From assembly GCA_030141605.1 (NCBI GenBank), contig JAQGDQ010000361.1, positions 1 to 64,000 of the forward strand: a DNA stretch of 64,000 nt. The letters run 5' to 3'. The translations under genes and the position numbers were made by a program. Shown here piece by piece: positions 1-12,199 of this stretch (the first letter of the stretch is position 1; each line of letters begins with the position of its first letter). The notes beneath the pieces are model-generated. The model had not been told where the DNA came from, made no database searches, and was given only the letters and a program-made list of their open reading frames with translations. The DNA comes from Tubiluchus corallicola (taxonomy: Eukaryota > Animalia > Priapulida).

Positions 1-207
1 CATGTTGTTTCAAATCGACATGATAATTACACAAGATATTCAGTCGAAAACTATGTACTCCCCCTTCCAAAAACAAATATAATGAAACAGTCATCAAAAT
101 ATAATGCTATTAAAATATGGTCATCAATTCCGCGTGAAATGAAAACTCTTAATCTCTACCAATTTAAAAAAGCATCAAAGAATTACCTACTACAACGGTA
201 TAATTAA
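1..207 (+). mobile_element. 3' end of a CR1/L2-group LINE ORF2 (5'-truncated)
   Basis: Frame 1 reads HVVSNRHDNYTRYSVENYVLPLPKTNIMKQSSKYNAIKIWSSIPREMKTLNLYQFKKASKNYLLQRYN*, matching the typical ORF2 C-terminal pattern (Y-TR, KIW-S-P, FKK-K-YLL). A second copy lies at ~25720-25910. Confidence 0.7.
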
Positions 208-794
208 CTCACAATTTTACTCATCCTGATCTTAAGTTACTAACAAAACTTATTTTGTTCTAATGTATGCTATAACTGATGAAAATGTAATGTTAATTGT
301 CAATTGTTTCACATGTTATATCAATTTATATGTATGTTTGAGTTGCTGTGGAATAAATTCATAATTCAATTCAACTGAGTGCTAGAAAAAAAATATTATA
401 GAGTAATCAAGTTTACTTATTTTCTTTATAATTGTGCAATTAATCGAAAAGTGTATTGATGCGCTATTTATATGAGTATGAATTCATAGAGAAAAGTCTG
501 CGAAATGGAATTTAGAACTACACTATTCCTGTTGGGTTCAGTGGGAGTGTTTTAGTGAACTGCAGTGCCTTTCAACACCACTTTTTCTCTGTTCAAAGAA
601 CTCTCAAAATCGCTCTTAAATTACCACAACAAACTTTTTAGTACATGATAGATATGGTACTAAGGCAAAAACAAAAGGGCATTTCCTGGGAGTTGTTTGT
701 CTTCCAAGAAGTCTACAAATAACTCCCATCAAAGACTCGCAAATGCTTTCTGGTGGTTCAGAAGTGACTGCATATTGTACGCCGTACAAATTTT

Positions 795-1590
795 GCGCTA
801 GTCTACAAATATAGTAATCATAATGTGAATTGCTTTCTTCGTTGCAATACAAATGACGAAATCGAAATATGCCTTCAGATGAAAAAACATCAACACTGTC
901 GTCAAAATTCTCAGTTCAGGTGAGAGACAGTGACAAGATGTATTATGCATACTGACTTTGTTTGTGAATACACGCTGAGTATTGAAACTGAGGTGCAGTG
1001 TTGTAGATATATAATGCTTTAAGGAATGGAAAGGGATTTTTAAAGTGTGTTCAAAAAAGTTTTCATACAAAGTTATATTACTTTTCATAACGCCTACCTG
1101 TCTGAACGACTTATATAACTAGAAAAGAAACGTCTTAGCGATTTAAAATGTGTGCATCTATTGGTAAAACAGCACTCCCACTGATTCATTAGAAACATAT
1201 TATTGATCTTAGTGACATGAATATAAAGTAATTTAAACGTTTGCTTAGTTAGTCAAGAATTTGTTACAAATGTTTTCAAACTTTACCCAATGTTATCTAA
1301 ACTTCTTACCGTTAAGATAGCCGCGGCTAACGGTCACCGCGGGAGTTTAAATTTTCTGCTAACGTTACTGCTAACGCAACCTTTGTAGCAATAATAGAGC
1401 ATGCAAGTCGTATAAACTTTTCAAGACGAATTGTTTAACCTTTATTTATAAAAAGTGCTTTCTTGTACTTTAAAACTGATGAGCATTCGACAGTCGAGCG
1501 TGGTACAAGTTTTTCTTCTTGTAGTGCAATATTTTATCTGTGTCTGGTCTAGTTGCCACACAGCAATTACGCTAAATTGTCATTAAAACG
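795..1590 (+). pseudogene. Decayed paralogous fragment of the polycystin Cys-rich module, split by a MITE
   Basis: ALVYKYSNHNVNCFLRCNTNDEIEICLQMKKHQHCRQNSQFR*ETVTRC...CCRYIML[MITE]KTDEHSTVERGTSFSSC aligns to VLDYRCSKHNVKCSHDCSTSLEIETCLPICTKKHQRCRQSSQFKCETVKSC...HCRYMMLKCDEQSTGECDTSFVSC (~21125-21470). Confidence 0.85.
1022..1469. mobile_element. Non-autonomous TTAA-targeting DNA transposon, family A (Kolobok-like termini)
   Basis: AGG...CT termini flanked by ttta/ttaa. Removing it restores the pseudogene reading frame. Homologous copies at 26795-27249, ~34608-35015, 41071-41559, 54511-55001, ~57520-57845 and 62237-62731. Confidence 0.7.
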
Positions 1591-2307
1591 ACGTGTTAAG
1601 ATGATAGTAATAAGACGTCATAGATCAAATTTTGTTAATTTTGTCATAAAAATATATACCAGTAAAACACATTTGATAAATTAGTTCCTAGGATGTTTTT
1701 TGTAAACTATTTTAGTAGAATTTGTCATTATTAGACATTTCACACAATGTATACAATGATAAATACATGACATAACCACAATAATACCTTTTAGTAAAGA
1801 GGCAAGACAACAAAAATTATAAAACTTTACTACACCATTGTGGTAAAAGAGTTTTTCTAGGCGTTAAGACATATACTTACTTGACAGCATCATGACCTGT
1901 GTCGTTTATATAGGCTATAATGGAAGTTTAAAGTTATACAACTTTTAATCATAAAGAATTGCGTTATGTTAGCAAATTAATATATGATGTTATACTACTT
2001 ATGAGATAACAGTAATAATGATGCTAATCGCAACTGATTTTAAGCTACCATAACTATGATCGCATTGCTTTGATTTAATACATATTAGATAAGTGATATT
2101 GCATGAACGATGTTTTCAGGAGCGTTGCTTAGACAAAAATTATTATTTGCAGAACAAGCAAATTATGATTTACTTATTAGGCCCATTACACATATGATAT
2201 ATGAACTAGGCCTAGGTGCTTTATAGGCCAGTTAACAGGTTAAATTTCTACCACCAATTCACACTCGTGAGAAACTATGCAAAACGCACGTTTCTATGTT
2301 GCAGGCC

Positions 2308-2550
2308 TTAGTGGTATCCACCACCACCACTGCTGTATTTGCCGTAGCTTTGATAAGTATAATAAGTAGATGTATGGAACACGTAATGATCAGTGTATGT
2401 GAAATCGGACAAGTCTTCATACGGGATAGTATGTCGCTGGAAGTAAACGTATGATCTGTGGCTGGGATTACTCTTCTGAATGTATCCATACTAAGCACTG
2501 GGTCGGTATCCGTAGCCACCGCCATGCTGAGCATGCGTAAAGACAACAAC
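2308..2550 (-). pseudogene. Terminal exon of a small Gly/Tyr/His-rich secreted-type protein with one in-frame TAG
   Basis: After acceptor tttcag (2556-2551) it reads VVVFTHAQHGGGYGYRPSA*YGYIQKSNPSHRSYVYFQRHTIPYEDLSDFTYTDHYVFHTSTYYTYQSYGKYSSGGGGYH*. It has 15 Tyr and 10 Gly in 80 codons; the TAG is at 2493-2491. No first exon was identified. Confidence 0.55.
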
Positions 2551-2687
2551 CTGAAACGCAAAATCGAGATTAAAATTTTCCTTGATTAATTAGCATTTAC
2601 GTCATGAACCTTAAGTTAAAAAAATCGGTGTTCTTAAATGTGGTCTTAAAGTACAATTATACGCGTTTCTACTAGATTAATTATACA

Positions 2688-2900
2688 CTAGCAAAGGTCC
2701 CGCAAAAATTTTGCGTATAAATACACGTATAATCAAAAATATGGGAACATCCTACATAGTCCTCAATTCGCCGTGGCCCTCTCGCGAATTCTAAATATGC
2801 CTATTACACCCCGTTAAAGGGGCTATCTATCCATATCTAGCCTCGAATCTTATATATATATATATATATATATAACATACCAGTAGAATTAATTTATAGA
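2688..2900 (-). mobile_element. Short non-autonomous Helitron-like element
   Basis: On the - strand: A|TC start (2900), (TA)n near the 5' end, palindrome cgcaaaatttttgcg 9 nt before CTAG|T (2691-2688). Confidence 0.6.
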
Positions 2901-3378
2901 TTCTGCATTACATTGGTGTAATAAATTGTTGTTTTCTACAATTACCTATGACAATTTAGGCAACATTCAGTAATTTTAATACAGTACAAGAACTTGAAGA
3001 CGCTGCTATAATAACATGGCTAGGACAATGAGAGTCTGTCAACAAGCTTGTGTTTTAAGGGCGTACCAGCTTGATAGTGCCATGCACGTTTCAATGCTTA
3101 ATGACTGAAGTTTCTTTCAAGTCTGGGTGGTTTTGCTTCCCCAATTGCATTAAATATTAAAACAATCAGCTGCCCTCATCTGTGGTACACTGTGCAAACA
3201 ACAAACCAGTTGTACAGTATTGGTACCACAGTGTACTACTGATGATGATAGCTGATTGCTATCGAATCATTTGCACATGTTTTTCAAACAGTTGTAAATT
3301 ACAGTTTTAAATAAAAGTTGTGTTGTTTTAATAATAAAATAATAAATGCTTTGAAGTGCCTGCATAAATTGGTCTGGA

Positions 3379-3392
3379 TAATAATAATGATG

Positions 3393-3482
<90 letters not shown>

Positions 3483-3514
3483 TTAATAATAATAACAATA
3501 ATAATAATAACAAC
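3379..3514. repeat. (AAT)n microsatellite
   Basis: Direct reading; explains the poly-I/poly-L ORFs. Confidence 0.95.
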
Positions 3515-3633
3515 AACTACGGCCAAATCACGTTGAAAACGCCGGGTCTCGTCTGATCACCGAAGTCAAGCAACGTAGAGCTGGTTAGTACTTGGATGGG
3601 TGACCGCCTAGAAATACCAGGTGCTGTAGGCTT
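3515..3633 (+). pseudogene. 5S rRNA-derived head of a SINE (not a functional 5S gene)
   Basis: 119-nt match to animal 5S (ctacggccaaatcacgttgaaaac...tggttagtacttggatgggtgaccgcc...gtgctgtaggctt) with several substitutions and no TTTT terminator after it. Confidence 0.85.
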
Positions 3634-4048
3634 GCGGGATGCCCACACTGTATCTCAAACTAGGTGGAGGAGCTGTAGAAGCTGCCAACTGCTAGAGGGC
3701 AGAGGAGGTCAAGTGACCCAACGGCCATACGTAGAGGAGTAAACCTTCCGAGTGGAGCCCCAAAGGCGGACCAGTCCAGCATGCTCACTGACTCCGGCAG
3801 CTCCTGCAGCCAACCTGGTGCCAAACGTATCGCCCCGCTTTCCTTTGGACTACACCAGCGAGGAAGAGAGGGGGTTCCTGTGGTCTGGGCACCTCAGGAT
3901 CTCCATACACCTTGCCCAGCCGTGCGCCCTGGAGACATTCAAGGATCGGACTCTCTTGGCGCACATTTCATTGTCTTCCGAGACAGAAGGATGCCAACAA
4001 CAACAATAATAATAAAAAATAGAAATAATAATAATAATAACAATAATA
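3515..4048 (+). mobile_element. 5S-derived SINE (SINE3) with RTE-like body and (AAC/AAT)n tail
   Basis: The 5S head is followed by a GC-rich body ending cattgtcttccgagacagaaggatgcc (RTE-type 3' end, recalled rather than searched) and a simple-repeat tail. Confidence 0.75.
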
Positions 4049-4696
4049 GATGATTTTTTAAACAGCATGAGTCTCATCGCTGTTTACTGCAGTTAACATA
4101 GTAGCTATAATTAGAAAATATTAAATTAATAGGCCTACAGTACGAGCATCGAGTTCATATTAAAATGCCTAATACAGTAAGAAACCACAATTTGATAAAA
4201 TTATAGATTAAGGTATAGTGAAAATAGCACAAAATACACAGGTTTGTTAAACAATAAGCTATTATAAAGTTTATGTTAACTAAAACAACTAGAAAATGAA
4301 AATAAATTTAAAACATAATTGTAGTATCGTTCGTCTATAATAGGCTTTTTTGAAAAGAAAACGCTCTTGAGTTATTTTTGAAAGTGGTCATAGACCCTGC
4401 CTGGTGCAAATAAATGGATTGTGGAAAGATTGTGAATAAATGGATGAGGCAGCAATAGAAAAGCGAGCTGACGGTAAGTGGATTCAGATTTGTGTGGCTC
4501 AGGGTGAGAAGGGTGTTACTATAATAGGCCTACGCGATCGGCCGTTCGCGAAGCCACCGATGGTTTCTGGACAGTGGAGACTTTGGAATGACCATAGCTC
4601 AGTCTGATTAGTGACTCATCAAGAGTGGAAGATTGCGGCACAACGCCCTACACGACACGCCACAAAATAAGACACGAGTATTACTGTACCTTATAT

Positions 4697-5179
4697 CCCT
4701 TTCAGTTACAAATCATTTTTTTAATAAGAAAAAATTTTTTGGCTTGGTACTTTTGTTCAGTAAGTCCATCTTGTTTACACATAATAATAATTTTTTTCTA
4801 CCTTCATTTTACCTAGCTACATACACAACATTCTTTGTCATGTGCAAAAAAGCAAAGTCCGACTTTTTCAAAAACACAACAAAAGCAAAAAATGTGCTTC
4901 ATTTTGCACCTGCTGATAATTTTTTAAAGTATTTAAGACATTTAGTATGCATGCTATGCTGATCTGTACAAAGTCATCTCTAAAGTACTGTACCTTGCAC
5001 AGTTTTTTGTGCTATGTAGATTTTCTAGTTTGCCATTTTATCACTATTTTAGTCCATTGTTACTGGCTTAAATCAAAATAACTATTAACAGATCAAATAA
5101 CTGTCAGTTTTAAAATTTTATTAATTTTAAAGGCAGAAAATATTCTCGTATCCCACGGGATACAACGGGTATGAAAGGG
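4697..5179. mobile_element. piggyBac-like MITE (degenerate)
   Basis: Termini ccctttca...tgaaaggg; TTAA target sites are degraded. Confidence 0.4.
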
Positions 5180-7819
5180 TTATGTAATAATCACACGTAC
5201 TTGTTTGCAATATTGCCCTTACATAAAAGCGAGAAACCTAACTGTTTGTGGCGTATTATTAATTACGTCTATTAGATGTTGGACAAAAGAAAATCATTTT
5301 ATTCTAAATTTAAATTTATGTTGTACTATCCTACTTGTATTTATCCTAATGTCATCATACTTTTTTAGTTTTGGATAGTGCTGCCACCTTCAGGTGCTCT
5401 TGTTAAAATTGTTGAAGCTTTCCCTTTACTGTTTAAATTTTCATTGGCTTCTACAGTCTTTGTGAATGCATAATCTCTAAACCTGTTTTCACACCTAAAT
5501 GATTTCACTTGTAGTTCTGGTCACTTGGTTTTCTGATTTTCAACATGACACTACTTCACTGTTAATGTAGACATTTCAGAATAAAATCTTGAAATTAAAT
5601 TTCAAGTTTTTTGGTTTCTTCAAACCAGATGTATTAGATTACAACAAGGATAAGCATTTCCCGAGGATAATTTTTTAACACTGGGCCCGTAAAATGCAGC
5701 ATCCTTCAAAATTGTTAGTCTGTTGGTAGATGTGCCCCTGTTAACACATTATACATCCGTCCCGATTTTGCTTGTTTTATTAATATGCTCTTCTAGCTTT
5801 AGATTAACTCATCATAACCTTTGCACAGGCTGACAGAGTCCATCAAAAACCATTTCAACATGCATGAAGAAGGTAAAACATTTAAATATGTTGCCTGCCA
5901 AAGATAAATAGCGTAATTTCTGTTGGCAAAGAATGATCTGCTTTAGGTGTCAGTAATTGCCAAATCATCACGCATTTTATAATCGTTGCAAACACAGACT
6001 TTTGCACAACTAGTAATAGTGACTGGTAGTAAAGTTAATCTTTTGCACACGTACATTACACTATATTTGATGCCAATTTCTAGTTGCCTGTACTTACTAT
6101 AATTATTTGTGTGCTCATGTGGTATATAGGCAACATATAATTGAAAAACTTACAATTATTGTATATAAGAAGCTTTAGATTTAAATGCGTACAATTGTTT
6201 TTTTGCAAATTACAAAAAAAATATTGTAAAATGTTTTAGACGTCTGATGAAGATTACAAAATTTGCTGTCCGGTGCTGGGATGGAGCGGGAGATTTTATT
6301 CTGTAGCAATGCGATTATAGTTACACTTATCTCTGGAGTTTGAACAACTTGTGATATCAAAGACATTGTAAGAGCCTGTCATACTGATTAAAAATTAAAC
6401 GTGTGCATTTTCTCATTAAAATCACGAGTGATAAAAGACAGTTGCTCAGCGAAAAGCTTTAGAGAGATTTAAAACTTTTTGTTGCGCAACTGTTTTTTTT
6501 GCATATCCAAGTAACGTCTCAGAGACTTTAGTTACTTCTGATGCACTTTATTACAAAACGTTAAAAACGAAAACTTTATAAAACTAAATACTATGCTAAA
6601 TTGTGCACTTAAACTAATACATGGCTAATACCCCCCCCCCCCCCCGCGTCTGCTAAACAACATGCTCCTTCTACAACAAATTTAAGAATCTTCCACAAAA
6701 AAACTCAGATAAAACATTAATATTTCTTTATGAATAAACTGAGCATTCCATTTCTAAATAATCCTTTATCGTCCATTCCTGATATATCTGTAAACAATAC
6801 AATGCACAATTTAAAACAAATTACTGTGCAAAATGAATTTGGAATAGTCATAAATTCATGGAACTTAAAAAAATATCTCCCCAATTCAAAAAGAAATTAA
6901 AAGAATATCACTATGACAGCTGCCAACTTCCAAATTATGCGTCTGATACTAATTACACACAGTCAAATTTTGTCTAATCACTGATTTATGTAAGATGGCT
7001 GAAAATACATGATATGGCAATCAAGCTGTTATTTAAATAAAAAGAAATATATTACAGGCCCATATAAATCTGAGTGCCGCAAAAAATTACACGTGAATAA
7101 TTAGCAGTTCCTTCACTGATAAAAACTTAAATAAACAAACAAGTTCATAATGAACTAAAAGCTGCATATAATAGAATAGTTTAACTCTTCTTTTTTAAAT
7201 TTGGTATCTATACTTACCGTTTTAAAGCAAAACACTAGATTAACAGGAACAGGTTAGCCAAAGTCTTTGCTGTTTTTTTTACTTCCACGTTTAGTTGTGT
7301 TTTACTGATCGTATTTCTAGAAATACTGTTTTTACATTATTAATTTCTTAGATAATTTTCAGTGTTCACAGCAGGTTTTGAGTTTAGGCTGTTTGCAGTT
7401 TTGCCTTCTGACTCACGCTCCTATAACTTGACAATTACCATTCTATGTAGTAATTTTGTTAAATAAACCTTAATGCAAAGTAAACATCAGGAACAATTAT
7501 GAAGAATAAACATCATATAATTTAAACATTATTTTTTCACATTGCTACTATATATAGGCCTATCCACCACCACTGAGAGACATATTTATATGAAACGCTA
7601 CCTAAATGCATGAGTTTGAAAGCATATAATCAAGCATACAATTAAAGCAAAAAATGTTTAGTCAGGGAGACCCAAGACTTCATTGATATAATATGGATTC
7701 GTGAAGACAGACGTCAGTAGGAACAAGCAGACATCTCAACTCCAAAGATAGCTAGTTCGAAACTACTTTATGGCAAACCATTTTAAACTACACTACAGCC
7801 AATCCCTTCTGATACCAGT

Positions 7820-8110
7820 GTTGCAAAAGCAAGGTCCAATATATTATCATTACACATAGAACTTTGTACACACTGAGTTAATCCATTTTCAAGAAAACAA
7901 TTACCAAACTTTTCATAGGTGGTTTAAATCAACAGCTACTACTTCCGTTTCATTGTACGTAGACACACGTACACTTTCTATTGTTTTTCGCATAAGCAAG
8001 ACTCCTCCGCCACATGACTCCCTGCTTTTCCTGTAAACCAGATACTCGTTTCCATAATCAAGAATTGTGTCAGGTACGTTTTCACGAGCCAGGTTGTATA
8101 TCTATGACTC
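7820..8110 (-). mobile_element. CR1-group LINE apurinic-endonuclease fragment
   Basis: The - strand reads ENVPDTILDYGNEYLVYRKSRESCGGGVLL...EVVAVDL plus an NILDLAF motif. The NILDLAF segment recurs at 8690-8745. Confidence 0.6.
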
Positions 8111-8999
8111 TATACTTTGTAAAACCATGTATTGGAAAATATATCTTAAACCCAAAATCCATCATCGAATTACAAATCCAGTAAGACCTACTATTGAATG
8201 ATTGTGGCAGCATTGCTATCAGATATAATAACACAGTGATCATTATGTTGTATAACTCATCAGGATCTCTATAGTCCTGTTTCGTCCATATATTTCTAAT
8301 TAACTATTTTAATGCTAAATAAAAGTGCGCAATGGCTACCAGGCAAACAGTTCACATTATCGAGCTTTGATAACACTTATATCAATTAAGAGCAATAGCG
8401 CAATGCCTGCTGGTCACTCGACTGGTCAGGTCCAATTCTCCGTCAACTGCTTGCAGATGTCGCTAATGAGTATCGAATTACCTTCTGCCTATTCACAGAA
8501 TCACACTTGTCTCTCGGAAGTACAAATCAATGTGGGCAAACTTCTCCCAATTGACACAGAGTTCATCTCATAGTTTATATTTGCACTGATTTATTAATTC
8601 ACGTATTGATCACAACTGGAGTTGTCAAAGACGCTTTCATAAGCATATTATATGCATGGGGGAAGCTGAGTGAGTTCTCTTCAATTCAGCTGTTGTAAAA
8701 GCAAGGTCCAATATGTTACCACCATTACGCGTAGAACTTTGTACATAGAAAATGTTTCTTATAAACAACATATACAAAATGCAGAAGCTAAATAAGAAAT
8801 TACATAGCTATGTATATGTATTGCCATAAACTTTGGGAACGTTGTTTAGACAATACTTTTCTCTCGTATCTAATGTTTATTTTTCATTTTATTTTACTGA
8901 AGGTGGTTTAAGGTTAATATTCATTATTATCATTCATATATAATTATTCATTATATATTAATATGCCGTTTATTGGCATAAAGTTCCTACCCGGAAGTT

Positions 9000-9455
9000 G
9001 CATATCAGAATTTGTGCGTTTGCTTTGCTTTCGGATTTCACAAAAACTCGTTTCGTTTATAAATTTTTACCTTGTTGCGAGTTTAGGTTTTCAGCCTGTC
9101 CTTAACCAACTGTTTGCCTCTTCGCTTAAAGCATCGTCAAACTTTTGTTTGGCCTCTACACATAAAGTGCTTTGTTTTCAGGAGTTGGATATCTCAAAAA
9201 CTCTCTTTTTTACATTTTCCTACCCGCTGTGACAGCGTTGATAAATTTGCTGACCAGAACGGTTTGCTATGTTCACATAAGGTTTTCCTTCTTAGATATA
9301 CGTAACTTATGTAAAGCAATAAACCTTTAAACCATTCCCATAGAATTGAGACATCTCTGTTCACAGCAGAGCTATAAATTCGTTATATGCTGCTCTATGG
9401 CTACTTCCAATCCCACAAACCACCTTAGCCAATCAGCATTTTTTACATCATCCTG
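9000..9455 (-). mobile_element. LINE ORF2 endonuclease-RT linker fragment (I/Jockey-like), frameshifted
   Basis: KNADWLRW...ILWEWFK...HSKPFWSANLSTL...NKALY...AKQKFDDAL fits the KADW/KPWW linker pattern. Second copy at 15052-15500. Confidence 0.5.
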
Positions 9456-11734
9456 CGCTGAAATGCTTAAAATATCAAATTTACCATCCAGAAACGTAAC
9501 CCTAACTCAGGAAATTATAGAAATGAACCGAGAAGCAAGGTTCGGTTGGACAGTGAATGCGCGTCAATGTGAAACAAAGTACATTCACTGTCTAAACTTC
9601 TAACCAAACTTCCTACATATCAAGCAAGAAAACAGCGTAATGACATTGAAAAGAATTTTAAAAGTCTAAAACAAAGAAAATACAGATTCTTTAAAAATAA
9701 ATGCACAGAAAACTTATAAATTACAAGGACACTTCCGGCTATGTTTTCTGGAGACAGCTTTAAAAAGCCAAACAAGCGTCAGATGTCTATCCTACAGCAA
9801 CGTTTGATCACTGTAGGCAATAACTAGCATCTACTTAACCTGAATATAATCAGCATGATGGTGATGATAATTCTTTATTTCGTGAATGTATATATAAATT
9901 GGTACAAACAAACTGTTAAGGTCAGTTTCTGGCTTTAACATGTAGGTGGCAGCACCTATGTGAACTTACCTGTAATTTTACCTGGGAAGTTATAAATTAG
10001 GTTGTTGAGCCTCTTTAAACACGCTCACAGAAGCCTCAACAAACGTTAAATAATGTTTAGATAAATGTTCAAGTAATTATTTGTAGCGTCTCTACCTTAT
10101 TTGCTGTAAACCACTATGACGTTCCAAGGATGTATTAAGTTGTTATAGCCGCACGATGTGAGTAGTATTTACTTTTTTATTATCTTAAATTATAATAATT
10201 AGATCATCATATATTTGTAAGCAGTGAAAGCAGTCAAATTTACTATTTTCATTTTTACATCCCGTCACACAAACAAGGCCTCTATTTGCAGGTTGATAAA
10301 TTCGAGAAGTATTAATTTTCGTAAGTAGACTAAATAAATACAGTGCTATAACTAACAAATTCCTGGAAAATCATTTTCCGTTTACTACATGAATTTTACT
10401 AGTACTATATACAAAACTGCTCATTACACATTCAATAATTACCGTATACATCCAAATTTTATCAACAAATAGTGAAACCACTTAACCACACTTTACAATA
10501 TACAATTAGAATTATTGTTGATTGCCAAAGTCAGTAACATTCTAGCCAGTAAAAAAATAAATATGATTGTACTGTTTGTGGAATTGAAATTTTTAACTTT
10601 GGCAAACTTTATTTACAAGGGGAATAGACACTTGAACACAATTTAATTTCAGTAAACAAAAATTTCATGACAAAAATTATCAAAAATTAGTAAATTTACA
10701 AAAGCTTGAATGGTTTCCTGATCTTTAGCTATATAAATCCAATGTGGAACACTCTGGCCAAACCTGTCTACAACCTGCTGTCAATCCAGCAGCTTGCTGG
10801 ATCCACTTGCTGGCACGTGCCCAGGGTCTGGCTCTTCGCCAAACTGACAAAGTGGATTATCCAACTGTCCTATTTTGCACAAAAAATTGTTAAATTTACC
10901 CTAACCAGATAAGAAACTAATAGCAGTTGTTTCAATTTGTCTATATGACTTAGTCAGCGGAAGACTTATGCAATTAATGTCAAACTGTGTCCTATTTCGC
11001 TAACATGTAAAAAGAACGGAAGGATATAAGCCTTTTCACAGTTTCAGCGACTGATGATGATCGTGAAAAGGTCAAACTTTAAGTGAACCTAACAACGTCA
11101 TCTGAACCAAATAAAGCATTTGCTTGGTCCACGCCACTGTTAACAGTAACACTTCTTGGCTTTAATTTTCCCTTCAATTATTTCATATTTATGTGGATTG
11201 TTGTTGTTTGTATTTTTCTAACTGTTTTCGAATAAGAATATTATGTTAGTTCAAAACGTAGTATAAGAATAAAAGTAACCATGAGTTTCACCCATTTCAC
11301 CTACATATAGTTACGTACGTTAGGTTACCTTACTGTGGTAATTAAGTAACACGCGCTGTGTTCACTTAACCTTTGACCTACAGCAACTGCGAATGCGCAC
11401 AGCAATCTGTTTTCCGACAGATGGGCCAGAAAGTCAGACGTATGCCTCCTATTGTATCTAAAATTATCAATTGCTAAGTTCTCCAAGTGCGAGAAAAACG
11501 ATCGAATATTCATTAAACTGCCAATAAATCTTTTCATATTTGCCAAAATAATGGTATTTTACCGAGAGTCTGTAGCATTGTCTGTATGTCGATGAATAAA
11601 TGTGATTCCCAAACATTTTTGCTCTAAACAAGTCACTTATCACATGAAAGTACTTTCCGAAAAAGCTTTACAGCAATAATATTAACTTGCATATCGAGAG
11701 GCGGTAAATCGCATATTAACTCCAATTTGTATAT

Positions 11735-12075
11735 GGCTCGATGAAAGTAGAACAGGTTGCAACCTTCATAGAGTCATATAAAATACCTGTGTGCTTCTTT
11801 CTCGTCCACGCCGTTGAAGCATACAAAAGTATTGGTAAAGCTGTAGCTGTAAACAAACATACTATTGTAGGTAAGTTTTATCCACTAAGTTTTCGACATT
11901 TATTTTTTATATTGATCCACTGGCTGCAAGCCCTCCTGCGAATGTTGTTAACATATTTTGTAAGCTTTAATTTATTATCGATGGTTAACCCGAGTATAGT
12001 CCTCTCTTCCACATACATCAAGACCAACTTTGAGATTCGGTGGAATAGGGTAGTTGGACCACGCACCAATTAATA
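11735..12075 (-). mobile_element. LINE reverse-transcriptase C-terminal fragment
   Basis: ILGLTIDNKLKLTKYVNNI...ATALPILLYASTAW matches the LG-ID-L and P-L-YAS-W thumb motifs. Copy at 15885-16225. Confidence 0.65.
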
Positions 12076-12199
12076 AGGTTTCGGTTTTATTAGTGCGTGC
12101 ATGAATTTTTAATCTCCATTTGGTACAGCAATTATTCAAAACTTCAAAACAATTTTGAGCTGCACTTAGACACGAAAGAGCATCCTTTCTAGATACATC

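Larger units (their letters stand above)
1..1988 (+). repeat. ~2-kb segmental duplicate of 25705-27768 (3' flank of the polycystin gene)
   Basis: Collinear and highly similar from catgttgtttcaaatc to agcaaattaatatatgat in both places. Shadow ORFs 616/26398 and 798/26571 are near-identical. Confidence 0.95.

Noticed and set aside
616-1088. Duplicated minus-strand ORFs (also 26398-26861) as conserved small genes
   Set aside because: Antisense shadows of the + strand polycystin pseudo-fragment; their conservation reflects recent duplication.
2259-2561. 100-aa ORF MRFRLLSL...
   Set aside because: Starts at TTG in the acceptor tract and has no recognisable features; the overlapping Gly/Tyr frame explains the composition better.
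3299-3536. Poly-Ile/Leu/Asn/Tyr/Met ORFs (also ~30018, 34027, 60212)
   Set aside because: Translations of trinucleotide microsatellites.
3515-3633. Functional 5S rRNA gene
   Set aside because: Single copy, altered 5' end and internal substitutions, no oligo-T terminator, and continuous with a SINE body.
7218-7420. Exon-like segment with ag/gtaagt boundaries on the - strand
   Set aside because: Best frame has several stops and no recognisable homology.
11741-12073. Identical 110-aa ORFs at 11741 and 15891
   Set aside because: Antisense to a LINE RT fragment within the duplicated block.
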